Translations under genes and position numbers: made by a program
Source of the DNA: a virus
Lineage: Duplodnaviria > Caudoviricetes
IMG/VR virus record: IMGVR_UViG_3300025679_000005
Reading direction: 5' to 3' (one strand)
DNA: 64,000 nt
Notes under the pieces: generated by a model
Told to the model about the DNA's origin: nothing
Database searches by the model: none
What the model saw: the letters and a program-made list of their open reading frames with translations, nothing else
In this document: in pieces, positions 52,263-61,948 of the stretch
Numbering within the stretch: position 1 is the stretch's first letter
Layout: every line of letters starts with the position of its first letter

Positions 52263-52954
52263 TTGACAGCGTAGGACCCGTTCTTGGTGTCTAGGCTCAA
52301 GAAGCTGAACTCTCCCTCGGAGCAGGATCCGCTGTTGAGGTACAGCCGCTGACCGTGCTCATGCTTAGCCGCTACATGGGTATGGCCTGTCACCACCACG
52401 TCGACCTCACGCATGGACGCTTCGCCAATGGCCCAACGCTGGAAGGCACACCGGGCTCCGTCGAGGGATAGCCCAGAGCGGCCTTCGTCCAGCCTTGCAC
52501 AGAAATCGTAGAAGGCCTTGAGTCCTATCCGTCGAATCCAACCACCTAGCCAGACGCCTAGGTCTGTAAGCCAGGGTCTAGTTTGAATTAGGTCGTCGTT
52601 TTGATGGCCGTGAGTGAATAGGAAGCGGGTGCCGTCCACGGATAGGGTCAGCTCCTCGGGAACGCCCAAGGACCCCGCAACAACATCGTGGTTGCCGTGA
52701 ACGTAGTGATAGCGAGGCAGCAAAAACCTCTTGGCTATCTCCGGATGAGCTATCTTGGCCAACTCCAATTCGAACTTTGGATTGCCGGGAATGCGGGGTT
52801 GAAGGGTTTCCCAGATGTCCCCTAAGAGCACGACCCTCTCAAAGTTAGCCTCCAAAAAGCTCAGGAACCGAAGGAATTCGGTATCACTGTGCCCGAAGCT
52901 ATCTGCCCGATCCCCAGCTCCCAGATGCAAATCCGAAATCACGGCAATGTGCAT
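52250..52954 (-). CDS. Metallophosphoesterase (LpxH/YbbF-like)
   Basis: ISDLHLG, LLGDIWE, GNHD, THGHQND, GHTH, NSGS. Confidence 0.88.
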   Translation of the reverse strand: MHIAVISDLHLGAGDRADSFGHSDTEFLRFLSFLEANFERVVLLGDIWETLQPRIPGNPKFELELAKIAHPEIAKRFLLPRYHYVHGNHDVVAGSLGVPEELTLSVDGTRFLFTHGHQNDDLIQTRPWLTDLGVWLGGWIRRIGLKAFYDFCARLDEGRSGLSLDGARCAFQRWAIGEASMREVDVVVTGHTHVAAKHEHGQRLYLNSGSCSEGEFSFLSLDTKNGSYAVNQSW

Positions 52955-53020
52955 GATCGCTCCTTGGCCTACTATAGCTTACGCATGAGAGGTAACGCCT
53001 AGGTGCCGGTTCTGAAACCT

Positions 53021-53027
53021 CGGTGTA
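53021..53027 (+). promoter_or_regulatory. YGGTGTA element
   Basis: 10 nt upstream of ATG 53038. Confidence 0.7.
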
Positions 53028-53037
53028 ATAACCGCCT

Positions 53038-53619
53038 ATGCCTGACCTAGAACCACCCATTGCCCTCATCGACATGGATGGGACCGTTGCGAACATGTCC
53101 TCAGCCTTGGTCACTGCCTTGAACTCGATGCGAAGTCCCGGAGAGCCGCTTCTCACAGAGGCCACTATTGAAGATCCTCCTGAGTGGCTCGATACGAGGA
53201 TGGACTACATCAAGCAGCGACCCGGCTTCTGGCAGGACCTCCCGGAGATCCCCGAGGGGATGCGAGTCGTCCAGATGATGCGTGACGCTGGCTTTACCTT
53301 GAACATCCTCAGTAAGGGCCCCAGGAAAGCCACCAATGCCTGGACGGAAAAACTTTTATGGATCCAGAGCCACATCCCTGACGCGGATGTCTCGATAGTC
53401 CATGTCAAAGGCCGTCATTACGGTCGGGTCTTGTTCGATGACTGGCCCAAGTACATCGAACCTTGGCTGAAGTATCGCCCTAGGGGTCAAGTGCTGATGC
53501 TCGACCAACCCTGGAACCAGGGCTACAGTCATCCTCAGGTCATGAGGATTCCCAAGGGCGAGAGGTTCGAATCTTCCTTGGTTGCCCTGGCTTTGAAGGA
53601 GGCCGCTGATAGACCCTGA
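53038..53619 (+). CDS. 5'(3')-deoxyribonucleotidase (HAD, NT5C-like)
   Basis: LIDMDGTVA, GFWQDLPEIP, LFDDWP, PWNQ. Confidence 0.88.
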   Translation: MPDLEPPIALIDMDGTVANMSSALVTALNSMRSPGEPLLTEATIEDPPEWLDTRMDYIKQRPGFWQDLPEIPEGMRVVQMMRDAGFTLNILSKGPRKATNAWTEKLLWIQSHIPDADVSIVHVKGRHYGRVLFDDWPKYIEPWLKYRPRGQVLMLDQPWNQGYSHPQVMRIPKGERFESSLVALALKEAADRP

Positions 53620-53729
53620 TAATTCCGCCCACAACGGAAGTTGCCTGAGCCCCGCAGCCTCTCTTGGGGTCTGAATCGGCAGAAACCATTTATCTCGATT
53701 TCCTTAGAGAGACCACCGAGGAAACCTAG

Positions 53730-54983
53730 ATGCCCTATTTTACCGCGCCACTCATTGCACCCAACGGTAGCCAGGTTAACGGTTACATCTCACCGCGCGT
53801 GTACGGCGCCAAGGGTGACGAGAACACTGACGACACTGTCGCGATTCAAAACGCTATCAACGCAGCCAAAGCTTTCAACGGCGGCATAAATGGCGGTACT
53901 GTGGTGCTGGATGGCGCTTTCCGCATAACGAACACGCTGTCCGTGGACGCAAGCGTCTCGTTCTCAGGGGTTGGCGCTGGGGTTGGCGGTGGCGGAGACG
54001 GTTCCGCTATCTTCATGGACCATCCCACACGTGGGATATTCTCGTGGACTACGACACAGGGTAGCTACAAGACCAAGTCGCGGATATCGAACCTGCTATT
54101 GGCCGGAATTCAACCAAACTCGGGCAACGTGCTCGACTTCACTGGCGGCCTTCTGATGAACTTGCTGCTCGACAACGTGACGTTGAACCAGAATGTCTCT
54201 GGGAATCTGAATGGTCGTCTCTTTGGCTTCAACAGCACTGCTGGCAGGCTGGCGCTACGTAACTGCAGGTTGCATGCAACTGGCGCGGCTGCCCACCTGA
54301 TCACTGAAGACAGCACTGGCGCGGACCTGAGCTTGGACCATTGCGAGGTCATCACAGCTACCAACAGAACCGCCACCGTGTTCAACCTGTCGTCAGGGCA
54401 GTTCGCTATCACGGACACTGAGTTCTTGTCGGGTCTGAATCCAGGAGCGTCTTGGATTGACCTGGGGGCTTCTGCAACAGGGAAGTCGTGCCGAAACACG
54501 TTCTACAACCTAGACACTACGGCCATTGTCGCACACACCTACGCCAACGGCGCCGGGTTGATCGCCAAAGACAACTTCTACGACCAAGACACGTACCCAA
54601 CCCTGCTTAGTACCGGAGGTCATGTACTTAGCAATGGGTCCAAGATCGAACTGCTGCCTTACGGTAGCTTCCCGAACAGCTCTTCTTCTACCTCTTTGAA
54701 ATCAATATATGACGTATTGACGTTTGTTGAGTCCTCGACAACCGCTCCAAGCTACATCCTGCCTTCCATACAATTCCAAGGCCAACGGTTCACTTTCAAC
54801 CTCACTAACATCAGCTTGACGACATGGGCGCCGACCTTCGTTGGCGTTGGCGCGGGCGCGTACTTGGCGACAATTGTCTCACTTGCTGGCGGTGGTGACC
54901 ACGGCATTTACCACTTTGAGGCCAATGATGTATACACGCCGGGCGTGACCGAATGGGCCCTGGTGGCTGTCGCTCACACCTAA
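53730..54983 (+). CDS. Pectate-lyase-fold (beta-helix) protein, tailspike/depolymerase-like
   Basis: YGAKGDENTDDTVAIQNAINAAK...GGTVVL.G.FRIT; G/N/T-rich composition. Confidence 0.75.
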   Translation: MPYFTAPLIAPNGSQVNGYISPRVYGAKGDENTDDTVAIQNAINAAKAFNGGINGGTVVLDGAFRITNTLSVDASVSFSGVGAGVGGGGDGSAIFMDHPTRGIFSWTTTQGSYKTKSRISNLLLAGIQPNSGNVLDFTGGLLMNLLLDNVTLNQNVSGNLNGRLFGFNSTAGRLALRNCRLHATGAAAHLITEDSTGADLSLDHCEVITATNRTATVFNLSSGQFAITDTEFLSGLNPGASWIDLGASATGKSCRNTFYNLDTTAIVAHTYANGAGLIAKDNFYDQDTYPTLLSTGGHVLSNGSKIELLPYGSFPNSSSSTSLKSIYDVLTFVESSTTAPSYILPSIQFQGQRFTFNLTNISLTTWAPTFVGVGAGAYLATIVSLAGGGDHGIYHFEANDVYTPGVTEWALVAVAHT

Positions 54984-55012
54984 ACCAGCCGGTTGGTGTA
55001 TAGTCTGGATAG

Positions 55013-55435
55013 GTGGCCGAGCTTTCACCCTATCAAATTCAGGACCTTCGGGACACACGAGACGACGTGGACCAGAGCGGCACGCTCATCTGTCCTGACT
55101 GTTTCGGGTCGGTTCGGCTCTCCGAGAGCAAATTCGGCAGGTTCTACCGTTGTAGGAGGGGCTACCGGGTCTGTCCGGGAGCGATTTCGGCTTTTGATGA
55201 TGGCTCCCCAAAGGGAGTGCCCGCGAACAAAGCCACCAGGACTCACCGTCGGATGGTCTTCTTTCTGATGGAACAACGGTCAGTTAACCTAGACTACATA
55301 GAGGCCATCGTCGGCCATGAGCTGGCTATGGGCATCGGCTCCTTGACCAAAGAAGAGTGTGAGCTAATCCTCAGGCGGCATGAAGAGTACGTCCCGAAGA
55401 CTTTTGGAGAACGCCTCGACGACCCTCTGGTGTAA
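55013..55435 (+). CDS. Zn-finger protein (DUF3268-like) ending TFGERLDDPLV
   Basis: CPDC...FYRC...VCPG...GSPKGVPANKATR. Confidence 0.7.
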   Translation: MAELSPYQIQDLRDTRDDVDQSGTLICPDCFGSVRLSESKFGRFYRCRRGYRVCPGAISAFDDGSPKGVPANKATRTHRRMVFFLMEQRSVNLDYIEAIVGHELAMGIGSLTKEECELILRRHEEYVPKTFGERLDDPLV

Positions 55436-55444
55436 GCAACCAAA

Positions 55445-55630
55445 ATGCTTCAGAAGATTGTTTCCAGGAAGACCCGTAGCATTGAAAGCATTAGCCTGTC
55501 GGCCAAGCATTTCAACTACAATCAGAAGTTCAGAGTCCTCTGTACTCTAGCGTGCGGTCATACGAAGGACTTCTCTGAGATGGCGGTTCCTAAACACAAG
55601 ACAACTTGCAAACAATGCTCAAAGACTTGA
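55445..55630 (+). CDS. Small Zn-finger protein
   Basis: LACGH...CKQC; ATG 10 nt after TGGTGTA. Confidence 0.6.
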   Translation: MLQKIVSRKTRSIESISLSAKHFNYNQKFRVLCTLACGHTKDFSEMAVPKHKTTCKQCSKT

Positions 55631-55938
55631 AGACCATTTTCCTAGTCACAGCCGTTTGCTCTAATCGTGAGGGAGGCAACCGATGTTGGGGGTGGTACCC
55701 GTCCAAAGACGACGCCTGGACGGACCTAGAGGCCAACACAGACATGTTCTGTGAGAGCGGCACCTTCGACTATCTGGTCATTGAGGAGTGCGGCCCCGGG
55801 ATCATGGCCTTGGTCGATGCACCATCGGAACCCATCTGGGTCAGAGCTTTCTTCGAAGCGGATACCCACAAGTACAGCCTGCTCGCTGTGAAACGGCCAG
55901 AGTTTGCTGAAGGCGTCGTCTGCTGGGGAATGGGCTAG
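55606..55938 (+). CDS. Hypothetical protein
   Basis: RCWGWY...YLVIEEC motif. Confidence 0.65.
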   Translation: MQTMLKDLKTIFLVTAVCSNREGGNRCWGWYPSKDDAWTDLEANTDMFCESGTFDYLVIEECGPGIMALVDAPSEPIWVRAFFEADTHKYSLLAVKRPEFAEGVVCWGMG

Positions 55939-55984
55939 CGCATAGCTTTTGCTCAAAAAGCCATTTTGTGCTAAACTTAGCTCG

Positions 55985-57166
55985 ATGATCCGCTCTTACC
56001 GATACCCACTGCACCCCACGAAGAATCAGGAGGCGACTTTGACCTCCTGGCTCCTAGCATGCGGTAGTCTGTACAACGGAGCATTAGAAGAGAAGAAATC
56101 CTCGTGGGCAAAGCTCAAAAAAGGCGTTTCCTGTTACGAGCAGTATAGGTCTCTGACCATCATTCGTTCTCAGGACCCTGAATTCGGAGCGATACCCGCA
56201 ACTATCCTTCGATCTGCTCTCAAACGACTTGAACGATCCTTCGACGGATTCTTCCGTCGCGTGAAATCTGGAGAGGCCCCTGGTTATCCACGGTTTCGTA
56301 GTCAAAAGCGATATGACTCATTCTCATTGATGGGCTGTTTCTATTCTGGAGTCATTGTCGATAAAGCCAGAGGCTCCTCAGCTCAGGTCAAAATCCCCAA
56401 GCTTGGCCTCGTGAAGTTCAACCAGTACCGACCTCACAAGGGTGAGGTCAAAGACATCCTAGTCAAGCGAGAGGCTGATCGATGGTTCGTGATCTTCCAG
56501 TGCGACCTCGGAGCGGCACCCAAGGTCGCGGCCGACCTCACGAAGTCTGTCGGCATTGATCTAGGGCTTACCCACTTCGCAACCCTCGATTCCGGTGAGA
56601 CGATCGAGAACCCTAGGTTCTTCAAGGCCGGACAAGACCTATTGGCTAGGCGGCAGCGTGCTCTAGGGCGTAAGCGCCGGGGCAGTGCCTCTATGAGACG
56701 TGCTAAGATCCTAGTCCAGCGGGCTCACGCTCACATCAAGAACCAGCGCCTAGACCACGCTAGGAAGCTCGCCAAGAGTCTTTTCGATCGCTTCGACGTG
56801 GTCTGCTATGAGGATCTTTCGATCCAGGACATGATCTCCGGACCTCCCAGAGACGGAAAGCCTAAGCTCAATCTAGCCAAATCAATCTCAGACGCTTCCT
56901 GGTCAATTACAATCCACTGCCTAAAATGCAAAGCGGAAGAAGCTGGCAAGATCGCAGTGGGGGTTGATCCAAGAGGAACCACACAGAGGTGTAGTGGGTG
57001 CGGGGAGATCGTCCGTAAGGACCTTTCTATGCGCATTCATGATTGCCCCGCATGTGGTCTCATCATGGATCGTGACCAGAATGCAGGATGTAACATCAAA
57101 GCGCTCGGTTTGAGCGCGGTCTTGGGGATGAAGTCCCAGCCGAAGTTCATAGTCAGGGCAGCTTAA
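55985..57166 (+). mobile_element. tnpB: Solo IS200/IS605-family TnpB, intact
   Basis: GIDLG, CYEDL, CSGCG...CPACG, DRDQNAGCNI; 3' hairpins GCGCTC-ggttt-GAGCGC and CTTGGGGATGAAGTCCCAG consistent with an omegaRNA region. Confidence 0.92.
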
Positions 57167-57167
57167 A

Positions 57168-57680
57168 ATGAGCCGTCAAGACTTTTTGGGTAAAACCCGG
57201 CAACGTCCTCTTGATGCCAAGATGATCCCCGAAAAACAGCACGAATGGGCCTATTGCGAACACTGCCAAGTCTGGATGGTTCGCTGTGGGGCCTGTCGTA
57301 ACAACACCTGCAATGGCGGGTACGGGACAACTGCCTCGGGATCGCCCTGTCCCAGTTGCCCATCAGCCTATGAGCTGATGAAGATCTTCTACGAGACGAA
57401 GCACACCCTGGACTTCAAGGAACTGGATGGCTTATCCAAGGAGGAGTACAGGGCGAAGCTTCGATCCATCACTCCGATCCCGACGCCGATTAAGCTCGCT
57501 GAGTTGGATGCCAAGATCGAAGCCTACGAGGCGGGTCACGGCCTGAATTCGGACACGATGCTGTCCAGGCTGACCAATGGGGATATCGAAGAGACCCCAG
57601 AAATCTGCGACTGGCTGATGGATCTCGACCTGCGAAAACGCCTGCTCGGTGTAACTACGGGGCATGCCCAATGCCCCTGA
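57168..57680 (+). CDS. Cys-rich hypothetical protein
   Basis: CEHC...CGACRNNTCNGG...CPSCPSAY. Confidence 0.65.
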   Translation: MSRQDFLGKTRQRPLDAKMIPEKQHEWAYCEHCQVWMVRCGACRNNTCNGGYGTTASGSPCPSCPSAYELMKIFYETKHTLDFKELDGLSKEEYRAKLRSITPIPTPIKLAELDAKIEAYEAGHGLNSDTMLSRLTNGDIEETPEICDWLMDLDLRKRLLGVTTGHAQCP

Positions 57681-59001
57681 GCCCAACGTTTCGATCTACG
57701 CCAAGCTAGCTTTCCACGCCCTATTCGACGGTTTCGAGAAGCTCAATCTAGGCTCGGTCGGTACCTTCATGTTCTTTGGAGTGAGCGAGGTCCTGAATGA
57801 GTCTGTTATCAATGGGCGAGACATCCTCCGCTTCAAACGCCTCTCCAAAGATGTGATCTTAGAGGCGAACGAGGAGTTTCTCTTCACCCAAGGCGTCTCA
57901 CCCATACTCAGCAGCCTGACCAGCATCTTGGAGGCTGAGGACCCTCCGGCCCCGAAGTCTAAGGCCCCTAGCTGCCGCAGTGAGTGGTATCAGAATGTTC
58001 TGGGGAGTTTCTTCGATGTTTACGACCAGCGGTACTCCCAACGTGAGCCGGTAGCGAAATTCCTCGCCAATTGGCTCAAAGCATACTTGGCCTGTGTGAG
58101 TGATGAACCCGAGCGCAGTGTCTTCGTGTCTCGTTTCAAGGAAGCCTTTGACCCCATCAACAAGAGGTATCGAAGCCCTGTCCCTTTCAAGGCAGCCAAG
58201 ACGGCCCCGGCTCAACTGGCCTTGGCTCTACCGGAGCCGGTAGCGCTTCCAGTGCCGGACCCTCATCGGGAGCACTGGGAGCTGCTCGCTCAGCCAGTGT
58301 ACGAGGTAGAGGAGACGATCATTCAAGAGCAGCCTCCCGTAGTCGAATCCGACCTCTCCGTGGAGTCGATGGAAGCTGCGGTCCAGGATGTGATGGCAGG
58401 GTTCAGCAAAACTCCTGAGCCCCTTCCGCCTCCGCGTGTACATAGGGAGCGGACCGTAGAGGAGTTCCTGGAGCTTAGGATCCAAGATACACTGGTGATA
58501 GACCCCATCGTGCACATTGGCGAGGAGCGCAATTGGCGGGAATTTGCACCCACTTTTTGCAGATACCCCAGCGTAGGCCTCTATGAGGGTAGGTTCCTCA
58601 TGGCGGCCATCCACTACTACGATCCAAAGCGAGGCATGCGGGCGATCCAAACAAACGGCTTCATTCGCATCAACGGGGGAGGGCCCATCAACCAGTCCGG
58701 CATGGGGAAGTTGATGCATATCGAGGCGAGGATGGACCCGTTTCCCTCTTGCTTCATCAACTACGTCTCTTTTCAAGAGGGCGTCAGTGGAAAAACCTGG
58801 TGTCATGTCGATGGCGAGGGTGACAAGCCTGGGTCCCACCAGTGGTTCATTGTCCTGAAGCGTGGTGAGACCCCGCCCGGGATTGTCTTCGAAATCCTTG
58901 ACTCCAACAAGCATTTTGAGCTGAGGCGTGTGCCTGAGGCTACGTTTAACGTCTTCAACAACAGGCTGATTGCTGCTCAGGCGAATAGGTTCCGGCCCTG
59001 A
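57664..59001 (+). CDS. Large hypothetical protein (two domains joined by P/E-rich linker)
   Basis: 445 aa; ATG 10 nt after CGGTGTA. Confidence 0.7.
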   Translation: MPNAPEPNVSIYAKLAFHALFDGFEKLNLGSVGTFMFFGVSEVLNESVINGRDILRFKRLSKDVILEANEEFLFTQGVSPILSSLTSILEAEDPPAPKSKAPSCRSEWYQNVLGSFFDVYDQRYSQREPVAKFLANWLKAYLACVSDEPERSVFVSRFKEAFDPINKRYRSPVPFKAAKTAPAQLALALPEPVALPVPDPHREHWELLAQPVYEVEETIIQEQPPVVESDLSVESMEAAVQDVMAGFSKTPEPLPPPRVHRERTVEEFLELRIQDTLVIDPIVHIGEERNWREFAPTFCRYPSVGLYEGRFLMAAIHYYDPKRGMRAIQTNGFIRINGGGPINQSGMGKLMHIEARMDPFPSCFINYVSFQEGVSGKTWCHVDGEGDKPGSHQWFIVLKRGETPPGIVFEILDSNKHFELRRVPEATFNVFNNRLIAAQANRFRP

Positions 59002-59011
59002 GACCTAATTT

Positions 59012-59040
59012 CACCTAGGGGTTAAGTACGCCCCTAGGTG
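59012..59040. terminator. Perfect 10-bp-stem hairpin in intergenic region
   Basis: CACCTAGGGG-ttaagtacg-CCCCTAGGTG. Confidence 0.6.
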
Positions 59041-59059
59041 GCCGTTAGGGATAGTAACC

Positions 59060-60829
59060 ATGACGGATGAATCCCCCACTGAGCTTGAAAAAGAGCTGGC
59101 TACTCCCTACCCTACGGTAGAGTCCAGCTCCTTTTACCATAAGCTAGGGGAGCTACACACCCAGGCCAGCTCACGTGAGGAGGCACAGGTAGCTCTAGCT
59201 ATCTCAGCTTTGAAGCGCCTCAGCACCCCCTCCAATGAGGGCTGGGCTCGCAGTCTTCTGCTGGATCCAGGCAGCTATTCTAAGCCAAACGCCTACATCA
59301 AAAAGGAGCGTCTGGCAAAGGAATGGTTCCGTAGCTTCCTGGAAATGCTGGTCGATGCCGGCGCAATCGACACGCAAGTCCAGGACTCTGGCGTGCTCTA
59401 TCGAGCCACAACGACAGAGCAGAAGAATTTACTTCAAACGATCTCAAACAACGCGGTGTATCAAAATGGTTCGCAAGTGTTACGGCCAGAAACCTACAAA
59501 ATGACCCAACAAAATCCTTTCGAAATCGACGCCTTCGTGGCCTCCTCAGAGGATGTCCCGCAAGAAGCACGCACTTTGGAGGCCTTCGTCCGCATCCGTT
59601 ATGCATCAGCAGACGATAGGGCCAAGGCGCGTTTCATCATCGCGTTCACGGCCCTAGATCGCCTCCTGCAAAAAACTAGGGCGTATGACCGGAGGAACCT
59701 ACTGGCTACTCCCACCATTTTGGCCAAAGTCCACAGGCAGATCCAGAAGGAGGTTGCTTCCAAAGAGTGGTCCCGGGCCCTTTTGGACCGTTGGGTGGCG
59801 AGCGGGATGGTTTCCAGGCAAGGCTCTGGTGCCAGCACTTACTTCCGAACGACCACGGATGAGCAACGGAACACGATCAAGGACCTCATCATCAACTGTC
59901 TGTATGCCGATGGGGTAGAGCTGAAGAAGCTCATCTGGCCGGAGAACTACGCCTCGATCGATGCGTCGGAAGAGGAAGAAGAGACGGAAGAGATTCAACA
60001 AGAAGAAGAGGATGCTGCTCAAATGACTCAGGACGCAATGGAACAGTTCTTACAGGAGCGCCTGGCAGGAGCTACGGATCGAGATGAGGCACGTTATGTG
60101 CTTGCTTTCAACGCACTTCGAATTTTGGCTCTAGGAAAGGACAGCCCTGATAGGAAGACTCTCATGACCGTTCCTGCGGCCAAGAGTAAGATCGCGAAGG
60201 CCGTTCAGAAGGAAAACATGGGGAGTTGGTTCTCGACATTCCTCAATAGTTGCGTCAATCTTGGCCTATTCAGTCAAACGAAATCGGGCGTAGTCATCAT
60301 CTACCAGGTGTCCGAGAGCCAAAAAGCTGACCTTTTCGAAATCATCGAGGATGCGGTGCTATCTGAAGGCGTCAAGCTCAAGCGCATTCTGTGGCCCCAA
60401 GAATTCCCGACGGGTCAAGAATTGGCCAGTCTCGGCGAATCCGATGAATCAGAGCAGGCTGATGGCCAGGGCCTGGATTTGATTCAGGAGCTGACGACAC
60501 AGCTCAAGAGCGTGGCCGAACATCTGCAAACGATGACGGACAATCTCCAGTCGTTGAACACCAAATTCGACGATAAGATGAAGCTTCTAGACACCCGCCT
60601 CGAAGACATGGGGCTGCTCAAAGAAGCGGTGGCGGGGTCGTTCGGGCAATTGATGGAAGCCATCAAGAATGACGATCGGGCGAATCTACTCCAGCTCTCC
60701 GACAAGTTCACCGAGATGCAATCCCGGCGCAAGAGCCTGAGCAACCAGCTCGAACAGGAGTCTCTCAAGACCGAGAAGCTTGCTGATCAGCTGGCGGTGT
60801 ATGTGAAGAAGCTAGGACCAACGTCATGA
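59060..60829 (+). CDS. Protein with three tandem winged-helix-like repeats and C-terminal coiled coil
   Basis: Repeated A...A..AL..L...W...L...V..G......G..Y units starting near aa 35, 180 and 335; heptad C-terminus. Confidence 0.7.
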   Translation: MTDESPTELEKELATPYPTVESSSFYHKLGELHTQASSREEAQVALAISALKRLSTPSNEGWARSLLLDPGSYSKPNAYIKKERLAKEWFRSFLEMLVDAGAIDTQVQDSGVLYRATTTEQKNLLQTISNNAVYQNGSQVLRPETYKMTQQNPFEIDAFVASSEDVPQEARTLEAFVRIRYASADDRAKARFIIAFTALDRLLQKTRAYDRRNLLATPTILAKVHRQIQKEVASKEWSRALLDRWVASGMVSRQGSGASTYFRTTTDEQRNTIKDLIINCLYADGVELKKLIWPENYASIDASEEEEETEEIQQEEEDAAQMTQDAMEQFLQERLAGATDRDEARYVLAFNALRILALGKDSPDRKTLMTVPAAKSKIAKAVQKENMGSWFSTFLNSCVNLGLFSQTKSGVVIIYQVSESQKADLFEIIEDAVLSEGVKLKRILWPQEFPTGQELASLGESDESEQADGQGLDLIQELTTQLKSVAEHLQTMTDNLQSLNTKFDDKMKLLDTRLEDMGLLKEAVAGSFGQLMEAIKNDDRANLLQLSDKFTEMQSRRKSLSNQLEQESLKTEKLADQLAVYVKKLGPTS

Positions 60830-61932
60830 GCGCAAAAGACCGAATCCACCCCAACTGGCATCGGAAAGAGAAGGGGGGACTCGACTACGAACCCTACTAC
60901 CAGGCCATCCTGGATGCCAAACAGCTAACCCAGTCTGCCATCGACGAATACAGGCAAAACCCCCCTCAGACCCAAAAGGGGCTGGCAGAAGCTGAACAGA
61001 AACTGTGGGAGGCGGTTCCGAAGGATTTGGTGTACGCCATCCGCAACTCGCCGTTGGGGGATAAATGCTACGAAAGGTACGTGGCGATGGTGACCGCAGA
61101 CTTAGTGGGGAAGGGCGAGACGACCCTGACTCCCTTTCGAAATCGGGCCCGTATTCTAGTGGCCTCTAAGGGGTGCCCCACGGATCTGATCTTTGAGTAC
61201 CTCGATCAGCACCCGGATCTAGTCAGCAAATCCTCCACAATGGATGTGATCAACGCTGCAAAGCGGGATTACATCAAAAACGGGGACACCGCCCAATGCC
61301 TTCAGACATTCGTTAACGGGGTAGCGAAAGCACCACTAGCCAAGCAAATCCGCAATAAACGTCGGTCCCAACCTGGACCAAAGACCCCCAAATCCGTCAA
61401 GGAAGAGCCTCCGATCGTCCAGCCGCAGCCCGCTCCGAAGGCTATCCCTCCAAAGGAGAGCAAGCGCTCCTCTGCTACAGAGCTGGCCATGAAGGAGTCC
61501 AAGGATCTCTGGCTAAATATTCAGGATTCGGTGATGGGGCCCTTAACGAAATTGGTGCACGACCGTTTGGATGATCGAAGCATCAATGAGAACACCATCA
61601 CAGAATTGCTGGAGGATTTCCAGATCGGTGTACATGTCTGCTACCAGAACGTTCTGGTAAAGATCCGGGATATGCAAAGGCGCGGGCCCACTCAATTGAG
61701 CGGGGTCAGCCAAGAAAAGGTGCTCTGGGCGGGCGAAATGCTTTACCTGGACGGTATACCTCCACCCCACACCAAAGGTCGTGGAAGTTGGCGGCCTGAT
61801 CCAGACAAGGTGAAGAAAGCCTACTGGAAGCTCTCTGTCCGTTACCACCCCGACAAAGTTGGGGACGACCCTCAGTACAAAGAACGCTACTTGGCCATCC
61901 AAGAAGCCTACCAATATCTACAACAAATCTGA
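60826..61932 (+). CDS. Protein with C-terminal J-domain
   Basis: VKKAYWKLSVRYHPDKVGDD...IQEAYQYL. Confidence 0.85.
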   Translation: MSAKDRIHPNWHRKEKGGLDYEPYYQAILDAKQLTQSAIDEYRQNPPQTQKGLAEAEQKLWEAVPKDLVYAIRNSPLGDKCYERYVAMVTADLVGKGETTLTPFRNRARILVASKGCPTDLIFEYLDQHPDLVSKSSTMDVINAAKRDYIKNGDTAQCLQTFVNGVAKAPLAKQIRNKRRSQPGPKTPKSVKEEPPIVQPQPAPKAIPPKESKRSSATELAMKESKDLWLNIQDSVMGPLTKLVHDRLDDRSINENTITELLEDFQIGVHVCYQNVLVKIRDMQRRGPTQLSGVSQEKVLWAGEMLYLDGIPPPHTKGRGSWRPDPDKVKKAYWKLSVRYHPDKVGDDPQYKERYLAIQEAYQYLQQI

Positions 61933-61948
61933 AATCTAAGGAAACTAA

